A stretch of DNA of 53,579 nt from Chloroflexota bacterium (GCA_013698095.1 JACCVQ010000030.1:1-53579); one strand, 5' to 3'; shown: positions 1 through 8,862, counted from the stretch's first letter. The notes: generated by a model from the letters alone, not told the origin. Numbers and translations are program-made.

Positions 1-84
1 CCCCTGCCCCTGCCCCGCGCCCCTGCCCCGCGCACCTGCCGCGCGCCCCTGCCGCGCGCCCCTGCCCCGCGCCCCTGCCCCGCG
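1..84. repeat. Tandem array (about 6.5 copies, cut by the window edge) of a C-rich 13-nt unit, consensus CCCCTGCCCCGCG
   Basis: Read directly. Full units lie at 20-32, 33-45, 46-58, 59-71 and 72-84, with 1-2 substitutions in the middle units. Partial units occupy 1-19. Confidence 0.85.
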
Positions 85-90
85 GGCTGT

Positions 91-268
91 ATGCCAAGAA
101 GGTCTATCCGGGAGCATGCTTCGACCGTCAGGCCCGATTCATGCCTTCCCAGGCTAGAACTGCCGGAGGCCGCCGGGCTTGGCCGCGATTCATGCGCCCC
201 AGGGATATGGGGCGCTCAACATGTCAAACCAGGCGCGCGGTAGACCTTCTCGGGATATCGCGCTCAGG
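91..268 (+). repeat. Copy A of a modular ~175-nt non-coding element (copy B at 22311-22487)
   Basis: Aligns to 22311-22487 at constant offset 22220, with a single 1-nt indel after CATGC. There are four conserved blocks with preserved spacing. The terminal blocks are inverted repeats forming a 12-bp helix (97-108 with 239-250). Confidence 0.7.
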
Positions 269-273
269 CCCAG

Positions 274-312
274 GAGCACGCGACGGGAGCACGCGACGGG
301 AGCACGCGACGT
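274..312. repeat. Three tandem copies of the 13-nt unit GAGCACGCGACGG
   Basis: Units 274-286 and 287-299 are identical. Unit 300-312 differs only in its last base. Confidence 0.85.
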
Positions 313-315
313 GAC

Positions 316-348
316 GACGCCCGCCCCGGCGAACCGGATGCGGGCGTC
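316..348 (-). terminator. GC-rich stem-loop downstream of the transglycosylase-like gene; possible U-tract-less terminator
   Basis: GACGCCCGC (316-324) pairs perfectly with GCGGGCGTC (340-348), and an inner CCGG/CCGG helix is possible. It lies 41 nt past the stop at 389. No T/U run follows. Confidence 0.35.
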
Positions 349-388
349 GTGCTGGGCCTGGGGGCTCGGGTTGGCAGGCTCGTTCCGG

Positions 389-1240
389 CTACCTCCCGAC
401 GATCAGCTCGTCGATCGCCACTGGCTTGCCGCTCGTCGTCACGACGATCCGGAGGGTGTGCTCGCCGGCCGGCAACGGCTTCGCGAACAGGATCACGCGG
501 GGCTTGAAGCTCGACGTGCGAAGGTTGACGGTGGCGGCCAGCTTGCCGTCGACGTAGACCTTGGCCTTGCCGCGAGTCGGTCCGACCGGCCCCATCCAGG
601 CGATCCCGGTGCCGGTGAAGGTCATCGTGGCCGTCGCGCCCTTGCGGGTCGAGTAGCTCACCTGGCGCCCGGCGTACGCCGAATAGCTGGCGAACTTCCA
701 GCTTGATGCGTACGTGATCGCCGCAGCTCGCTCAGGAACGCGGGTGTCCTTGGCGTCGATCCAGGCGTTGGCGGGGTTGGGCTTGGGCGTCGCCGCGCTG
801 CCCATGGAGCTGATGATCTTGGCCACATACGAGCGGGAGTAGGAGGACCAGAGGTTGGCGTTCCGCTCCGATGAGCCGGTCAGCCACCAGTGGGCGACCG
901 TCGGCCAGCTGTCGAGCCAGTTGTACAGGGCCGTCACCTTGCGCAAGGCGACGAACTCCTGGTTCTTCGCCGTCTGGGGAGCCGAGGCGCTGCCGAGGTA
1001 TGACTTGGCCCATGCCGCCCAGCTGGCCGGCATGATCTGGTACTTGCCGTAGGCGCCGCTCGTCGAGTTGCGGGCGGTGTAGTTCCCGCCGGATTCGACC
1101 CGACCGAGCGCGTACATGAACCGCGCGATGTTCGGCGGGGCCGTGGCCGATACGCCGACCGCCGGGATGATCGACACGAGGAGTGCCGCGGTCAGGATTG
1201 CCGCGGGGACCGCGCGAAAGCGGCCTGCCACGTCTGGCAA
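389..1240 (-). CDS. Secreted lysozyme-like/transglycosylase-domain protein with a C-terminal beta-rich domain
   Basis: TTG start at 1240 with GGAAGGAG 5 nt upstream. Signal-like segment AAILTAALLVSIIPAVGVSA. Motif GRVESGGNYTA...GAYGKYQI is typical of transglycosylase-like cell-wall hydrolases. Confidence 0.85.
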   Translation of the reverse strand: MPDVAGRFRAVPAAILTAALLVSIIPAVGVSATAPPNIARFMYALGRVESGGNYTARNSTSGAYGKYQIMPASWAAWAKSYLGSASAPQTAKNQEFVALRKVTALYNWLDSWPTVAHWWLTGSSERNANLWSSYSRSYVAKIISSMGSAATPKPNPANAWIDAKDTRVPERAAAITYASSWKFASYSAYAGRQVSYSTRKGATATMTFTGTGIAWMGPVGPTRGKAKVYVDGKLAATVNLRTSSFKPRVILFAKPLPAGEHTLRIVVTTSGKPVAIDELIVGR

Positions 1241-1465
1241 TGGTGCTCCTTCCTACCGGGACGGCACGGTGAGCGCGCCGAGCGATGGACGGACGAACGC
1301 CGGTCGGAGGAGTCACACGGGCGCCTGGTGGAGCTCGCGCGCCGCGAGTGAGCAGATCCGGCGGCTACGTCTTCAAGTTTGACCGAGCGTCCTCCCGTCC
1401 GCGCGGCCCTCTGGGGGTACGGCCCAGCATACGGGTCTTGTCCAGCCCCACCGGATCGGCGGCGT

Positions 1466-2014
1466 TCAGGTCAGTCCGAGGAGAAACGCGGCGGTCCGAT
1501 CGAGGGCATCCTCGAGGACGGGCTTGAGGCTGTGGCCGAGGCGCGGATACGTGACCAGCTCGGCCTGGGCGAGGAGCTCGATCCGGGTCCGCAGCAGGTC
1601 GAGGTTGGCGAACGGATCCGACTCCCCGGACAGGAACAGGACCGGACAGGAGATCGCCGGGAAATGAGCAGTTCGAGCCTCTGCCTGCTCCGCGCGGCCG
1701 GGCGGATGGAGCGGGAAGCTGAACAGGACGAGCGCTGCGTAGTCGGTGTCGGGCTCGGCCGCCGCGAGGCTGGCGACCCTGCCGCCGTAGGACTGACCGC
1801 CGACTGCGATTGGCAGCCCATCGCCGCCGGGCGCGGTCGGTCCGTCTGGGACGATTGCTCGAAAGGCATGCACTGCGGCCTCGGCCTTCTTCAGCGGCAG
1901 ATCGATCGCGCGGGCATCGATTCCGCGTTTGACCAGTCCGCGGACATGGGCCGCCATGCTCGCCGCCGAACCGCTCGCCCCGTGGCCGACGTAGAATCGG
2001 ATCGCCATCGGCAC
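1466..2014 (-). CDS. Small alpha/beta hydrolase (dienelactone hydrolase/KANL3-like)
   Basis: 182-aa ORF with high GC3. Nucleophile elbow GGQSYGG and a late GHSL motif. Confidence 0.8.
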   Translation of the reverse strand: MPMAIRFYVGHGASGSAASMAAHVRGLVKRGIDARAIDLPLKKAEAAVHAFRAIVPDGPTAPGGDGLPIAVGGQSYGGRVASLAAAEPDTDYAALVLFSFPLHPPGRAEQAEARTAHFPAISCPVLFLSGESDPFANLDLLRTRIELLAQAELVTYPRLGHSLKPVLEDALDRTAAFLLGLT

Positions 2015-2160
2015 AGGGTAGTCCGCGATCGACCAGCAACGCGCTCGCGCAAGTTTCGCTCACCCAACCCTGGCCCGATCGGATGGAAGCTTCTGGCCCC
2101 GTCGGGCCATGCCGGTGCACGACCGCACCGGGCATGGTTGCGGGGCCCACACAGGAAGAG

Positions 2161-3531
2161 ATGCTGCCCATGCCGTCGTCGCTCCCCCGGATTCCCACCG
2201 CCGATTCGCTCCAAACGTCCCGCCGCGCCCAGCGCACTGTGCCGCAGTGGCTGGTCGCCATCGCCGCCTCGATCGTCCTGATCGGCTCGAGCCTCGGGGT
2301 TCACGTGAGCCCGGTGGCCGCCGACACGACGCCACCGCCGCCACCGATCATCCCGAACACCACGTTTCACGGCCGCGGCTACGGCCACGGCGTCGGGATG
2401 TCGCAGTACGGTGCTCGCGGGCGGGCCCTTGCCGGCCAGCTCGCGCCGACGATCCTGGCGCATTACTTCCCGAAGACGACACTCGGGGCGCGCAGCCCTG
2501 GCACCGCGGTCCGGGTCCTCCTCCTGACGGGCTTCGTCGGCACGGCCGCCAAACCGCTGACCATCGTCGGTCGCGGCGGCAGCTTCGTGATGGACGGCGT
2601 GGCGAAGACGTTCCCGGCGGATGCGAAGGTGACATTCGTGCCGATCGCGGTCGGATCGCCGACCTGGACGGTCAAGGTCACGTCGGCCGCCGGCGCCGTC
2701 CTCCACAGCGGGACGATGAATGGCTACCAGTTCGTTCGGCCGGCGACCCCGACCTCGCTCCTTCAGCTCGTCTCGAAGGCGACGACAACCAACGTCTACC
2801 GCGGCGCGTTCCGGATTCGGTTGAACACGACCGCGATGGTGATGAACCACGTCGGGCTGGACCTTTACCTGCGCGGCGTCGTTCCCCTCGAGATGCCGTC
2901 GTCATGGCCGATCCAGGCGATCCAGGCCCAAGCGATCGCCGCCCGATCGTATGCGGTGTACCGGCTCCACCCGACCGTCGGCACGTTCGATGTCTACGAC
3001 GACACGCGCTCCCAGGTCTACCGTGGCAAGAACGCCGAGACCGCGGCCGGCACCGCCGCCGTGAGCGCGACCGCCGGCAAGGTCCTCCTGAGCGGGACCG
3101 CTGTCGTCAACGCGATGTTCCACTCGGCCGACGGCGGCTGGACCGAAAACAACGAGAACGTCTTCGTCAGCTCGGCCGGCAACATCGTCGCCGGCCCGGT
3201 CTCCTATCTCCGAGGGTCAAGCGACCGGGCGCCCGACGGGACCTCGTGGGACAAGTCGTCGCCGTATGCGACGTGGAAGACCCTGACGTACACCGGGGCC
3301 GCCCTGTCGGCCATCCTGGCCAAGGACGCGCGGACGAATGTCGGCACGCTGACGAAGCTCGACCTGTCGCGACGCGGCGTGTCGGGCCGGCTGATCAGCG
3401 TGACCGTGACGGGCAGCCTCGGCACGAAAACGGTCTCGGGCGGAGTCTTCCGATCGGCGTTCAATGCCGGCAAGCCGGCCGCCGATCCGCAGCTCCGGAG
3501 CACCCTTTTCGATACGAAGCCGATCCCCTGA
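2161..3531 (+). CDS. SpoIID/LytB-domain protein (cell-wall amidase enhancer family), membrane-anchored or secreted
   Basis: Motifs HGRGYGHGVGMSQYGA, YLRGVVPLEMP, AQAIAARSYA and FHSADGGWTE. Hydrophobic segment WLVAIAASIVLIGSSLG. The ORF is open from 2083; the ATG at 2161 has AGGAAG upstream. Confidence 0.9.
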   Translation: MLPMPSSLPRIPTADSLQTSRRAQRTVPQWLVAIAASIVLIGSSLGVHVSPVAADTTPPPPPIIPNTTFHGRGYGHGVGMSQYGARGRALAGQLAPTILAHYFPKTTLGARSPGTAVRVLLLTGFVGTAAKPLTIVGRGGSFVMDGVAKTFPADAKVTFVPIAVGSPTWTVKVTSAAGAVLHSGTMNGYQFVRPATPTSLLQLVSKATTTNVYRGAFRIRLNTTAMVMNHVGLDLYLRGVVPLEMPSSWPIQAIQAQAIAARSYAVYRLHPTVGTFDVYDDTRSQVYRGKNAETAAGTAAVSATAGKVLLSGTAVVNAMFHSADGGWTENNENVFVSSAGNIVAGPVSYLRGSSDRAPDGTSWDKSSPYATWKTLTYTGAALSAILAKDARTNVGTLTKLDLSRRGVSGRLISVTVTGSLGTKTVSGGVFRSAFNAGKPAADPQLRSTLFDTKPIP

Positions 3532-3543
3532 GCGGAGCCCGGC

Positions 3544-4221
3544 ATGGCCGGGTATCGTCGGGCCGTGCCCGAATCTGCCGTCGTCCCTGGGCTCGCCTTC
3601 GATCCCGACCGCGAGCGCTGCGTGTGGGCCGGCGCGTCAGGGCCGCGGCCGGACCCGATCATGGTCCGGTACCACGACGACGAGTGGGGCACACCGGTCC
3701 ACGATGATGTCGAGCTTTTCGAGCGGCTGGCTCTCGAGTCGTTCCAGGCGGGCCTGTCGTGGTCGACGATCCTGCGCAAGCGCGACACGTTTCGGACAGC
3801 GTTCCGGGGGTTCGACCCGGCGATCGTGGCAGCCTTCGACGACGGCGACCGGGAGCGACTGATGGCCGACGCCGGGATTGTCCGGAACCGGGCGAAGATC
3901 GATGCGACGATCGGCAACGCCGCCGCCTGGCTGGCCACGGCCGCCGAGTTCGGCTCGGGCGACGCCTACCTCGCGACGATGGTGCCCGGTCCATCCGCGC
4001 GGCTGCCACCGACCGCGACGATTGGCAGCATCCCTGGCGCGACGCCGGCGTCGGAAGCGCTGTCGGCCGACCTCAAGCGACGCGGCTTCCGGTTCGTCGG
4101 CTCGACGATCGTGTATGCCCTCATGCAGAGCATCGGTCTCGTCGACGATCACCTGCCGGGCTGCTTCCGGTACGAGCGGTCCGGATTCGTGTTCGGCGGC
4201 CGAAATCCGCCGACGCCGTGA
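3544..4221 (+). CDS. tag: DNA-3-methyladenine glycosylase I
   Basis: RCVWA...YHDDEWGTPVHDD...FERLALESFQAGLSWSTILRKR...GIVRNRAKI match the Tag family signature. Confidence 0.9.
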   Translation: MAGYRRAVPESAVVPGLAFDPDRERCVWAGASGPRPDPIMVRYHDDEWGTPVHDDVELFERLALESFQAGLSWSTILRKRDTFRTAFRGFDPAIVAAFDDGDRERLMADAGIVRNRAKIDATIGNAAAWLATAAEFGSGDAYLATMVPGPSARLPPTATIGSIPGATPASEALSADLKRRGFRFVGSTIVYALMQSIGLVDDHLPGCFRYERSGFVFGGRNPPTP

Positions 4222-4258
4222 CACGCTAGCTGTCACAGACGGGCGGCAATCTCCGGGC

Positions 4259-4396
4259 ATGATCCACATCGAATGCACCTGGTGCGACGCGGAGCTGGTC
4301 CTCGCCAGCCTCGACGCTCCGAGCGTCCACTGCCCGGACTGCCGCGTCACGGTCGAGTTCAGCCCGGAGCCCGAGGCGATCGCCCTCGCCGCCTGA
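4259..4396 (+). CDS. 45-aa zinc-ribbon-like small protein (CxxC...CxxC)
   Basis: ATG at 4259. MIHIECTWCDAELVLASLDAPSVHCPDCRVTVEF. Near-uniform G/C third positions. Sits in the gap between tag and the aquaporin gene. Confidence 0.55.
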   Translation: MIHIECTWCDAELVLASLDAPSVHCPDCRVTVEFSPEPEAIALAA

Positions 4397-4497
4397 GCGT
4401 CGCCCGTCCCGGCCGCTGCGCCGCCTCCCGATCCGTGCCGAGCCGAGTCGCTATCCTCGGCCGGGCGGACCCGTCGGGCCGCGAAGCGGAGGATGGG

Positions 4498-5151
4498 ATG
4501 GACGCACGCAAGTATCTCGCTGAACTGATTGGCACCTTCATTCTGGTCATCGTCGGCTCGATGACGATCGTGGCGGCCAGGTCGATGAACGCGCCGATCC
4601 TCGTCGTCGTGCCGTTCGGCTTCGGGTTGGGCCTGCTGGCCGCAATCCAGTCCGCGGGCTACGTGTCGGGCGGTCACTTCAACCCGGCCGTGACAATCGG
4701 CGCGCTGCTCGACCGGCGGATCGATGTCGTGAATGCCGTCGGCTACATCGTCGCCCAGGTCGTCGGTGCAATCGCGGCCTCCGGCGCCCTCCTGTTCGTC
4801 GCCGACCAGGCCGCCGTCCAGGCGACCGCGAGCGGCTTCCCCGCGGGCCGGATGGGCCAGGCGCTCGTCGTCGAGATCCTCCTGACCGGCATCTTCCTGC
4901 TCGTCATCCTGACGGTCACGAAACGTGCCCCGAACCACGCCGCCTTCGCAATCCCCCTCACGCTCATCGCCGTCCACATGGCGGGCATCCCGTTCAGTGG
5001 AGCATCCGTCAACCCGGCCCGGTCCCTCGCCCCCGCGCTCGTCGGCGGGACCATCGACCAGAACATCGTCGTGTGGATCGTCGGCCCGATCGTGGGCGCC
5101 GCCCTGGGCTGGGTCCTGTACCGCGCGTTGGAGGACGCCTCGACCCGTTGA
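4498..5151 (+). CDS. aqpZ: Aquaporin/MIP-family channel
   Basis: Two NPA boxes (GGHFNPAVT, GASVNPARS) and six hydrophobic segments. ATG at 4498 (MDARKYLAELIGTF). Confidence 0.92.
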   Translation: MDARKYLAELIGTFILVIVGSMTIVAARSMNAPILVVVPFGFGLGLLAAIQSAGYVSGGHFNPAVTIGALLDRRIDVVNAVGYIVAQVVGAIAASGALLFVADQAAVQATASGFPAGRMGQALVVEILLTGIFLLVILTVTKRAPNHAAFAIPLTLIAVHMAGIPFSGASVNPARSLAPALVGGTIDQNIVVWIVGPIVGAALGWVLYRALEDASTR

Positions 5152-5329
5152 CCAGGGGCGATGGCGGGGCCGCGAGGCTCCGGGCCGGACACTCGCAGCG
5201 GGGATCCGCGAGACGGGCGCAAGCCGGGCGCCCACCGGGCCAGCACATCCGCGACGCCGCGTCGCGGATCGTCGGCCGGTGGACGGTTCTTTCCTTCAGC
5301 CGCTCGGTCTCGGGGCGTTGGTGGTGGCG

Positions 5330-5503
5330 ATGATCGTCACGCTCTACGAGATGAACTCTGCCCTCGGACCGGAGAGGTGCCCGGAGTGCAGTCATTGCCT
5401 GGCGATCGCCGCAGAGGAGTCACGGACGCAGGAGCGCCTGAGCCGCGAGTACGCCAGGCGGGCCGGACTCGAGGACGAGGACGACGACCGCGGGATCGGT
5501 TGA
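5330..5503 (+). CDS. Possible 57-aa small protein with a CPECSHC motif and an acidic tail
   Basis: ATG at 5330 (GTG/TTG alternatives lie just upstream). GC3 is high. No family recognised. Confidence 0.35.
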   Translation: MIVTLYEMNSALGPERCPECSHCLAIAAEESRTQERLSREYARRAGLEDEDDDRGIG

Positions 5504-5627
5504 TCGATGGGCGCCACCCGCCCGAAGCGTTCCCGAGCAACCCCCCGACGCGTCAGGGGCCGGGAGCCTGTAACCGGCATGCGTCGCCCATTCCCGGCCA
5601 TCCCCGCGTCTGCGGATCGAGGCCCAA

Positions 5628-6818
5628 TCAGGCTTCCTCCTCGAGAGCGCCGGCAGACACGGTTTCGCCGGGCGGGATGGTGGACGCGGCGCCCGGCGCG
5701 CCGGCTGTGGTCGCGAGCGCGGCGTCGACCGGGGCCGCGATCCCCGGCTCGACGACCTCGCCGAGATGGTGGGGCGGGAGGACGGGCAGCGCTCGCCCAC
5801 CCTCGGCCAGCCAGCAGGCGGCCTGCTGACCCGGCCCGACATCGAAGAGCGGCGGCTCTTCCACCCGGCAGCGATCGAAGACGTACGGGCAGCGCGGGTG
5901 AAATCGACATCCCGGCGGGATCCGGGCGGCGTCGGGCGTCTCGCCGACCAGGATCGTCCGCTTCGCTCGCTGGCCGGCCGTCGGCGGATCGGGCGACGGC
6001 GAGACCGACACGAGAGCCTGGGTGTAGGGGTTGTGGGGCGAGCGGATGACCTGCTCGGCCGGTCCGATCTCGAGAATCTTGCCGAGGTACATGACCGCGA
6101 TCCGGTCGGCGATCACCCACGCCAGCGACAGGTCGTGGGTGATGAACAGATACGTCAGGCCGAGCTCGGCCCGGAGCGCCAGCATCAGCCGGAGAAGCTC
6201 CGTCCGGATCGACACGTCGAGCATCGAGACCGGTTCGTCGGCCACGATCACCTGAGGCGACATCACGAGGGCACCGGCGATCACGACGCGCTGGCGCTGA
6301 CCGCCGGACAGCTCGTGCGGATAGCGGTGGGCGAAATCGGCCGCCGGCCGGAGGCCCGCCGCGGCGAGCGCCTCGAGGACCCGCCGCTCGCGATCCGCCT
6401 TCGTGCCGAGGTCGTTGACCACGAGGGGTTCGGCCACGAACTCGCGGATCGTCTGCTTCGGATTCAGCGTCTCGTACGGATCCTGGAAGATCAGCTGAAC
6501 GCGTCGACGATAGGCTCGCAGGCGCCGGACGCCCCACAGCTCGCTGACATCGTCACCCTCGAACCAGACCCGGCCGGCCGTCTGGCGGGTCAGCTTGACG
6601 ATGACCCGGCCGGTCGTCGTCTTGCCGCTGCCGGACTCGCCGACGAGAGCGAGGACCTCGCCGCGCCGAAGGCTCAGGTCGATCCCGTCCACGGCCCGAA
6701 CGACGCCCCGCGACCGCCGCAGGATCGTGTCGAGGAAGCCGCTCCGGATCGGGAAGTGGACCTCCAGTCCGTCGAGCCTGACGAGCTCGTCGCCGTCAGC
6801 CGCTGCCGGGTGCGTCAT
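5628..6818 (-). CDS. Peptide/nickel ABC transporter ATP-binding protein (OppF/DppF-like)
   Basis: Walker A GESGSGKTT, signature LSGGQRQR, Walker B IVADEP, and a C-terminal oligopeptide-type extension. Overlaps the upstream ATPase gene by 4 nt. Confidence 0.92.
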   Translation of the reverse strand: MTHPAAADGDELVRLDGLEVHFPIRSGFLDTILRRSRGVVRAVDGIDLSLRRGEVLALVGESGSGKTTTGRVIVKLTRQTAGRVWFEGDDVSELWGVRRLRAYRRRVQLIFQDPYETLNPKQTIREFVAEPLVVNDLGTKADRERRVLEALAAAGLRPAADFAHRYPHELSGGQRQRVVIAGALVMSPQVIVADEPVSMLDVSIRTELLRLMLALRAELGLTYLFITHDLSLAWVIADRIAVMYLGKILEIGPAEQVIRSPHNPYTQALVSVSPSPDPPTAGQRAKRTILVGETPDAARIPPGCRFHPRCPYVFDRCRVEEPPLFDVGPGQQAACWLAEGGRALPVLPPHHLGEVVEPGIAAPVDAALATTAGAPGAASTIPPGETVSAGALEEEA

Positions 6819-7903
6819 CGCGGGCCAGCCTCGATCGGCGCCGGCGGAACGGTCACGGGCACGCCATCGCTGCCGGGCGGGTACAGGTGGCAGGCAACCC
6901 GGACCCCATCGAAGGTCACCTCGGGCGGGACGACCTCAGTGCAGACCTCCATCGCGAACGGACAGCGCGGCGCGAAGCGGCAGCCCGGCGGCGGGTGACG
7001 CAGGTCCGGCGGCGATCCGGAGATCACATCGAGCGTCCGGCGGTCCGCCTGGATGTTCGGGAAGGCGGCCAGGAGCTTCTGGGTGTACGGGTGGCGCGGC
7101 GCCCGGAACACCTCACCCACCAGGCCCTCCTCGGCGACCCGCCCGGCGTACATGACGAGGATCCGATCGCACGTCTCAGCGATGACCGACAGGTCGTGGG
7201 TGATCAAGACGAGGGACAGCCCGAGGTCCCGCCGGAGCCGCTCGAGGAGCTCCAGGATCTGGGCCTGGACCATGACGTCGAGGGCAGTGGTCGGCTCATC
7301 GCCGATGACGATCGCCGGATCGCAGGCAAGGGCCATCGCGATCATCGCCCGCTGGCGCATCCCGCCGGACAGCTCGTGGGGGTACGCTCCGCCGCGCTTC
7401 TTCGGGATCCCGACGAGCTCGAGCAGCTCACCCGCCTTCGTGCGGGCCGCGCCGGCTTTCAAGTTCAGCCGCTCGCGGAGCGGCTCGGCGATCTGGTCGC
7501 GCAGGCGGTGGACGGGGTTGAGCGCGTTCATCGCCCCCTGGAACACGATCGAGATCTCGCGCCAGCGGTAGCGCCGGATGGCCGTGTCGCTCTTCTGGAC
7601 GAGGTCGATCCCGAAGTACCGGATGGCGCCCTCGACGATCTTTGCGTTCGACGGCAGGAGGCGGACGAGCGACAGGGCCGTCGTCGTCTTGCCACAGCCC
7701 GACTCGCCGGCGATCCCGAGCGCCTCGCCCTGGTTCAGCGTGAAGCTGACGCCGTCGACTGCCCGGACCGTATCGCCGTCGAGGCTGAAGTACGTCCGGA
7801 GGTTCTCCACCACGAGGAGCGGTTGGCCCGGGTCGGCCTGCCGGGGGAGGGTCCGTCCGCGCGAATCGACCGGGACTGTCGCGGCTGAGCGGGCAGCCGA
7901 CAT
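6815..7903 (-). CDS. Peptide/nickel ABC transporter ATP-binding protein (OppD/DppD-like)
   Basis: Walker A GESGCGKTT, LSGGMRQR, VIGDEP. The ORF is open to 8086, but the ATG at 7903 lies 14 nt after the permease stop. Confidence 0.9.
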   Translation of the reverse strand: MSAARSAATVPVDSRGRTLPRQADPGQPLLVVENLRTYFSLDGDTVRAVDGVSFTLNQGEALGIAGESGCGKTTTALSLVRLLPSNAKIVEGAIRYFGIDLVQKSDTAIRRYRWREISIVFQGAMNALNPVHRLRDQIAEPLRERLNLKAGAARTKAGELLELVGIPKKRGGAYPHELSGGMRQRAMIAMALACDPAIVIGDEPTTALDVMVQAQILELLERLRRDLGLSLVLITHDLSVIAETCDRILVMYAGRVAEEGLVGEVFRAPRHPYTQKLLAAFPNIQADRRTLDVISGSPPDLRHPPPGCRFAPRCPFAMEVCTEVVPPEVTFDGVRVACHLYPPGSDGVPVTVPPAPIEAGPR

Positions 7904-7917
7904 GGAGCGGGCTGTGG

Positions 7918-8862
7918 TCACCGCCTGCCCCGGCGCTTCGGGTTCAGGAGGTCGTCGAGGGCGCTTCCAACGAGGGTGAAGGCAAGGACGACAAGGACGA
8001 TCCCGGCTCCGGGCGGGACGAAATACCACCACGCCCCGAGACCGGGCGCACCGCTCGACCGTGCGGCCTCGAGGAGCTGGCCCCACGATGGCTGAAACGG
8101 ATCGCCCAGCCCGACGAACGACAGGGTCGTCTCGGTCAAGACCGCGCCGGCGAACGTCAGGACGGCGTTGGCGACGATCAGGTTGATCACGTTGGGCAGG
8201 ATGTGACGGCGCATGATGTGGCCGCTCCCGGCGCCGATGACCCGGGCTCGGTCAACGAAGGCCCGCTCCCGGAGCGACAACGTCTGGGAGCGGATGATCC
8301 GGGCGGTCGACGACCAGCTCGTGATCCCGATGACGACCACGATGACGATCAGGGTCATCCGGATCCCGAACACCTCGGTCGCGGCCGAGCCGACGAGCTC
8401 CCGGATGATCGGGGTCAGGATCAGGGCGAGGACGAACGTCGGGATCACGAGGAAGAAGTCCGTGATCCGCATCAGGACAGCGTCAAGCCAGCCGCCGACG
8501 AAACCGGCCACGATCCCGACGACAACCCCGATTGCGACCGTGATGAGGGTCGCGAGGAGGCCGATCACGAGCGAGATACGGGCGCCGTGGACGGTCAGGT
8601 TCAGCATGTCCCGGCCAAGCTCGTCCGTCCCGAAGTAATGCGCGCCCGACGGTGGCTCGAGCCGACCGGCCGTTGCGGTGACCGCGGTCTGGAGCGGCCC
8701 GACGAAGAGCTGCGGAGCGAGCGACAGGACGATGAACACAGTCAGGATCACGCTCCCGATCAGCCCCTCCGGTCGGCGGAGCAGCCGCTTCAGCAGGTCC
8801 CACACCCCCGACCCGACGTGGACTCCGCGTGGCGCCGTGCCCTGGAGCTGGGCGACGGTCAC
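7918..8862 (-). CDS. ABC transporter permease (OppC/DppC-like)
   Basis: Multi-TM protein with a binding-protein-dependent transport signature region (SLRERAFVDRARVIGAG). 4-nt overlap with the upstream permease gene. Confidence 0.9.
   Translation of the reverse strand: MTVAQLQGTAPRGVHVGSGVWDLLKRLLRRPEGLIGSVILTVFIVLSLAPQLFVGPLQTAVTATAGRLEPPSGAHYFGTDELGRDMLNLTVHGARISLVIGLLATLITVAIGVVVGIVAGFVGGWLDAVLMRITDFFLVIPTFVLALILTPIIRELVGSAATEVFGIRMTLIVIVVVIGITSWSSTARIIRSQTLSLRERAFVDRARVIGAGSGHIMRRHILPNVINLIVANAVLTFAGAVLTETTLSFVGLGDPFQPSWGQLLEAARSSGAPGLGAWWYFVPPGAGIVLVVLAFTLVGSALDDLLNPKRRGRR

Noticed and set aside
1-84. A CRISPR array.
   Set aside because: The 13-nt units are directly abutting with no spacers, which makes this a simple tandem repeat. 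No cas genes are present.
91-243. A paralogous small ORF shared by both element copies (MPRRSIRE... at 91-243 and MRRGSIRD... at 22311 onward).
   Set aside because: Similarity is at the nucleotide level in discrete blocks, including third codon positions. The spacers are randomised. A 1-nt indel shifts the last conserved block into another frame. One copy runs 50 codons and the other 118 codons into a neighbouring gene.
1241-1465. A possible c-di-AMP (ydaO-type) riboswitch in the 225-nt leader of the transglycosylase-like gene. Such riboswitches precede cell-wall hydrolase genes in Actinobacteria.
   Set aside because: On the minus strand I see GGACGGGAGGAC and CUCCGACCGGCG, which loosely recall ydaO core segments. 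The characteristic 3' signature (CCGAACCCG..CAGCUAACC) and the GGGGUGAAUC element are not recognisable. A cmscan with RF00379 would settle it.
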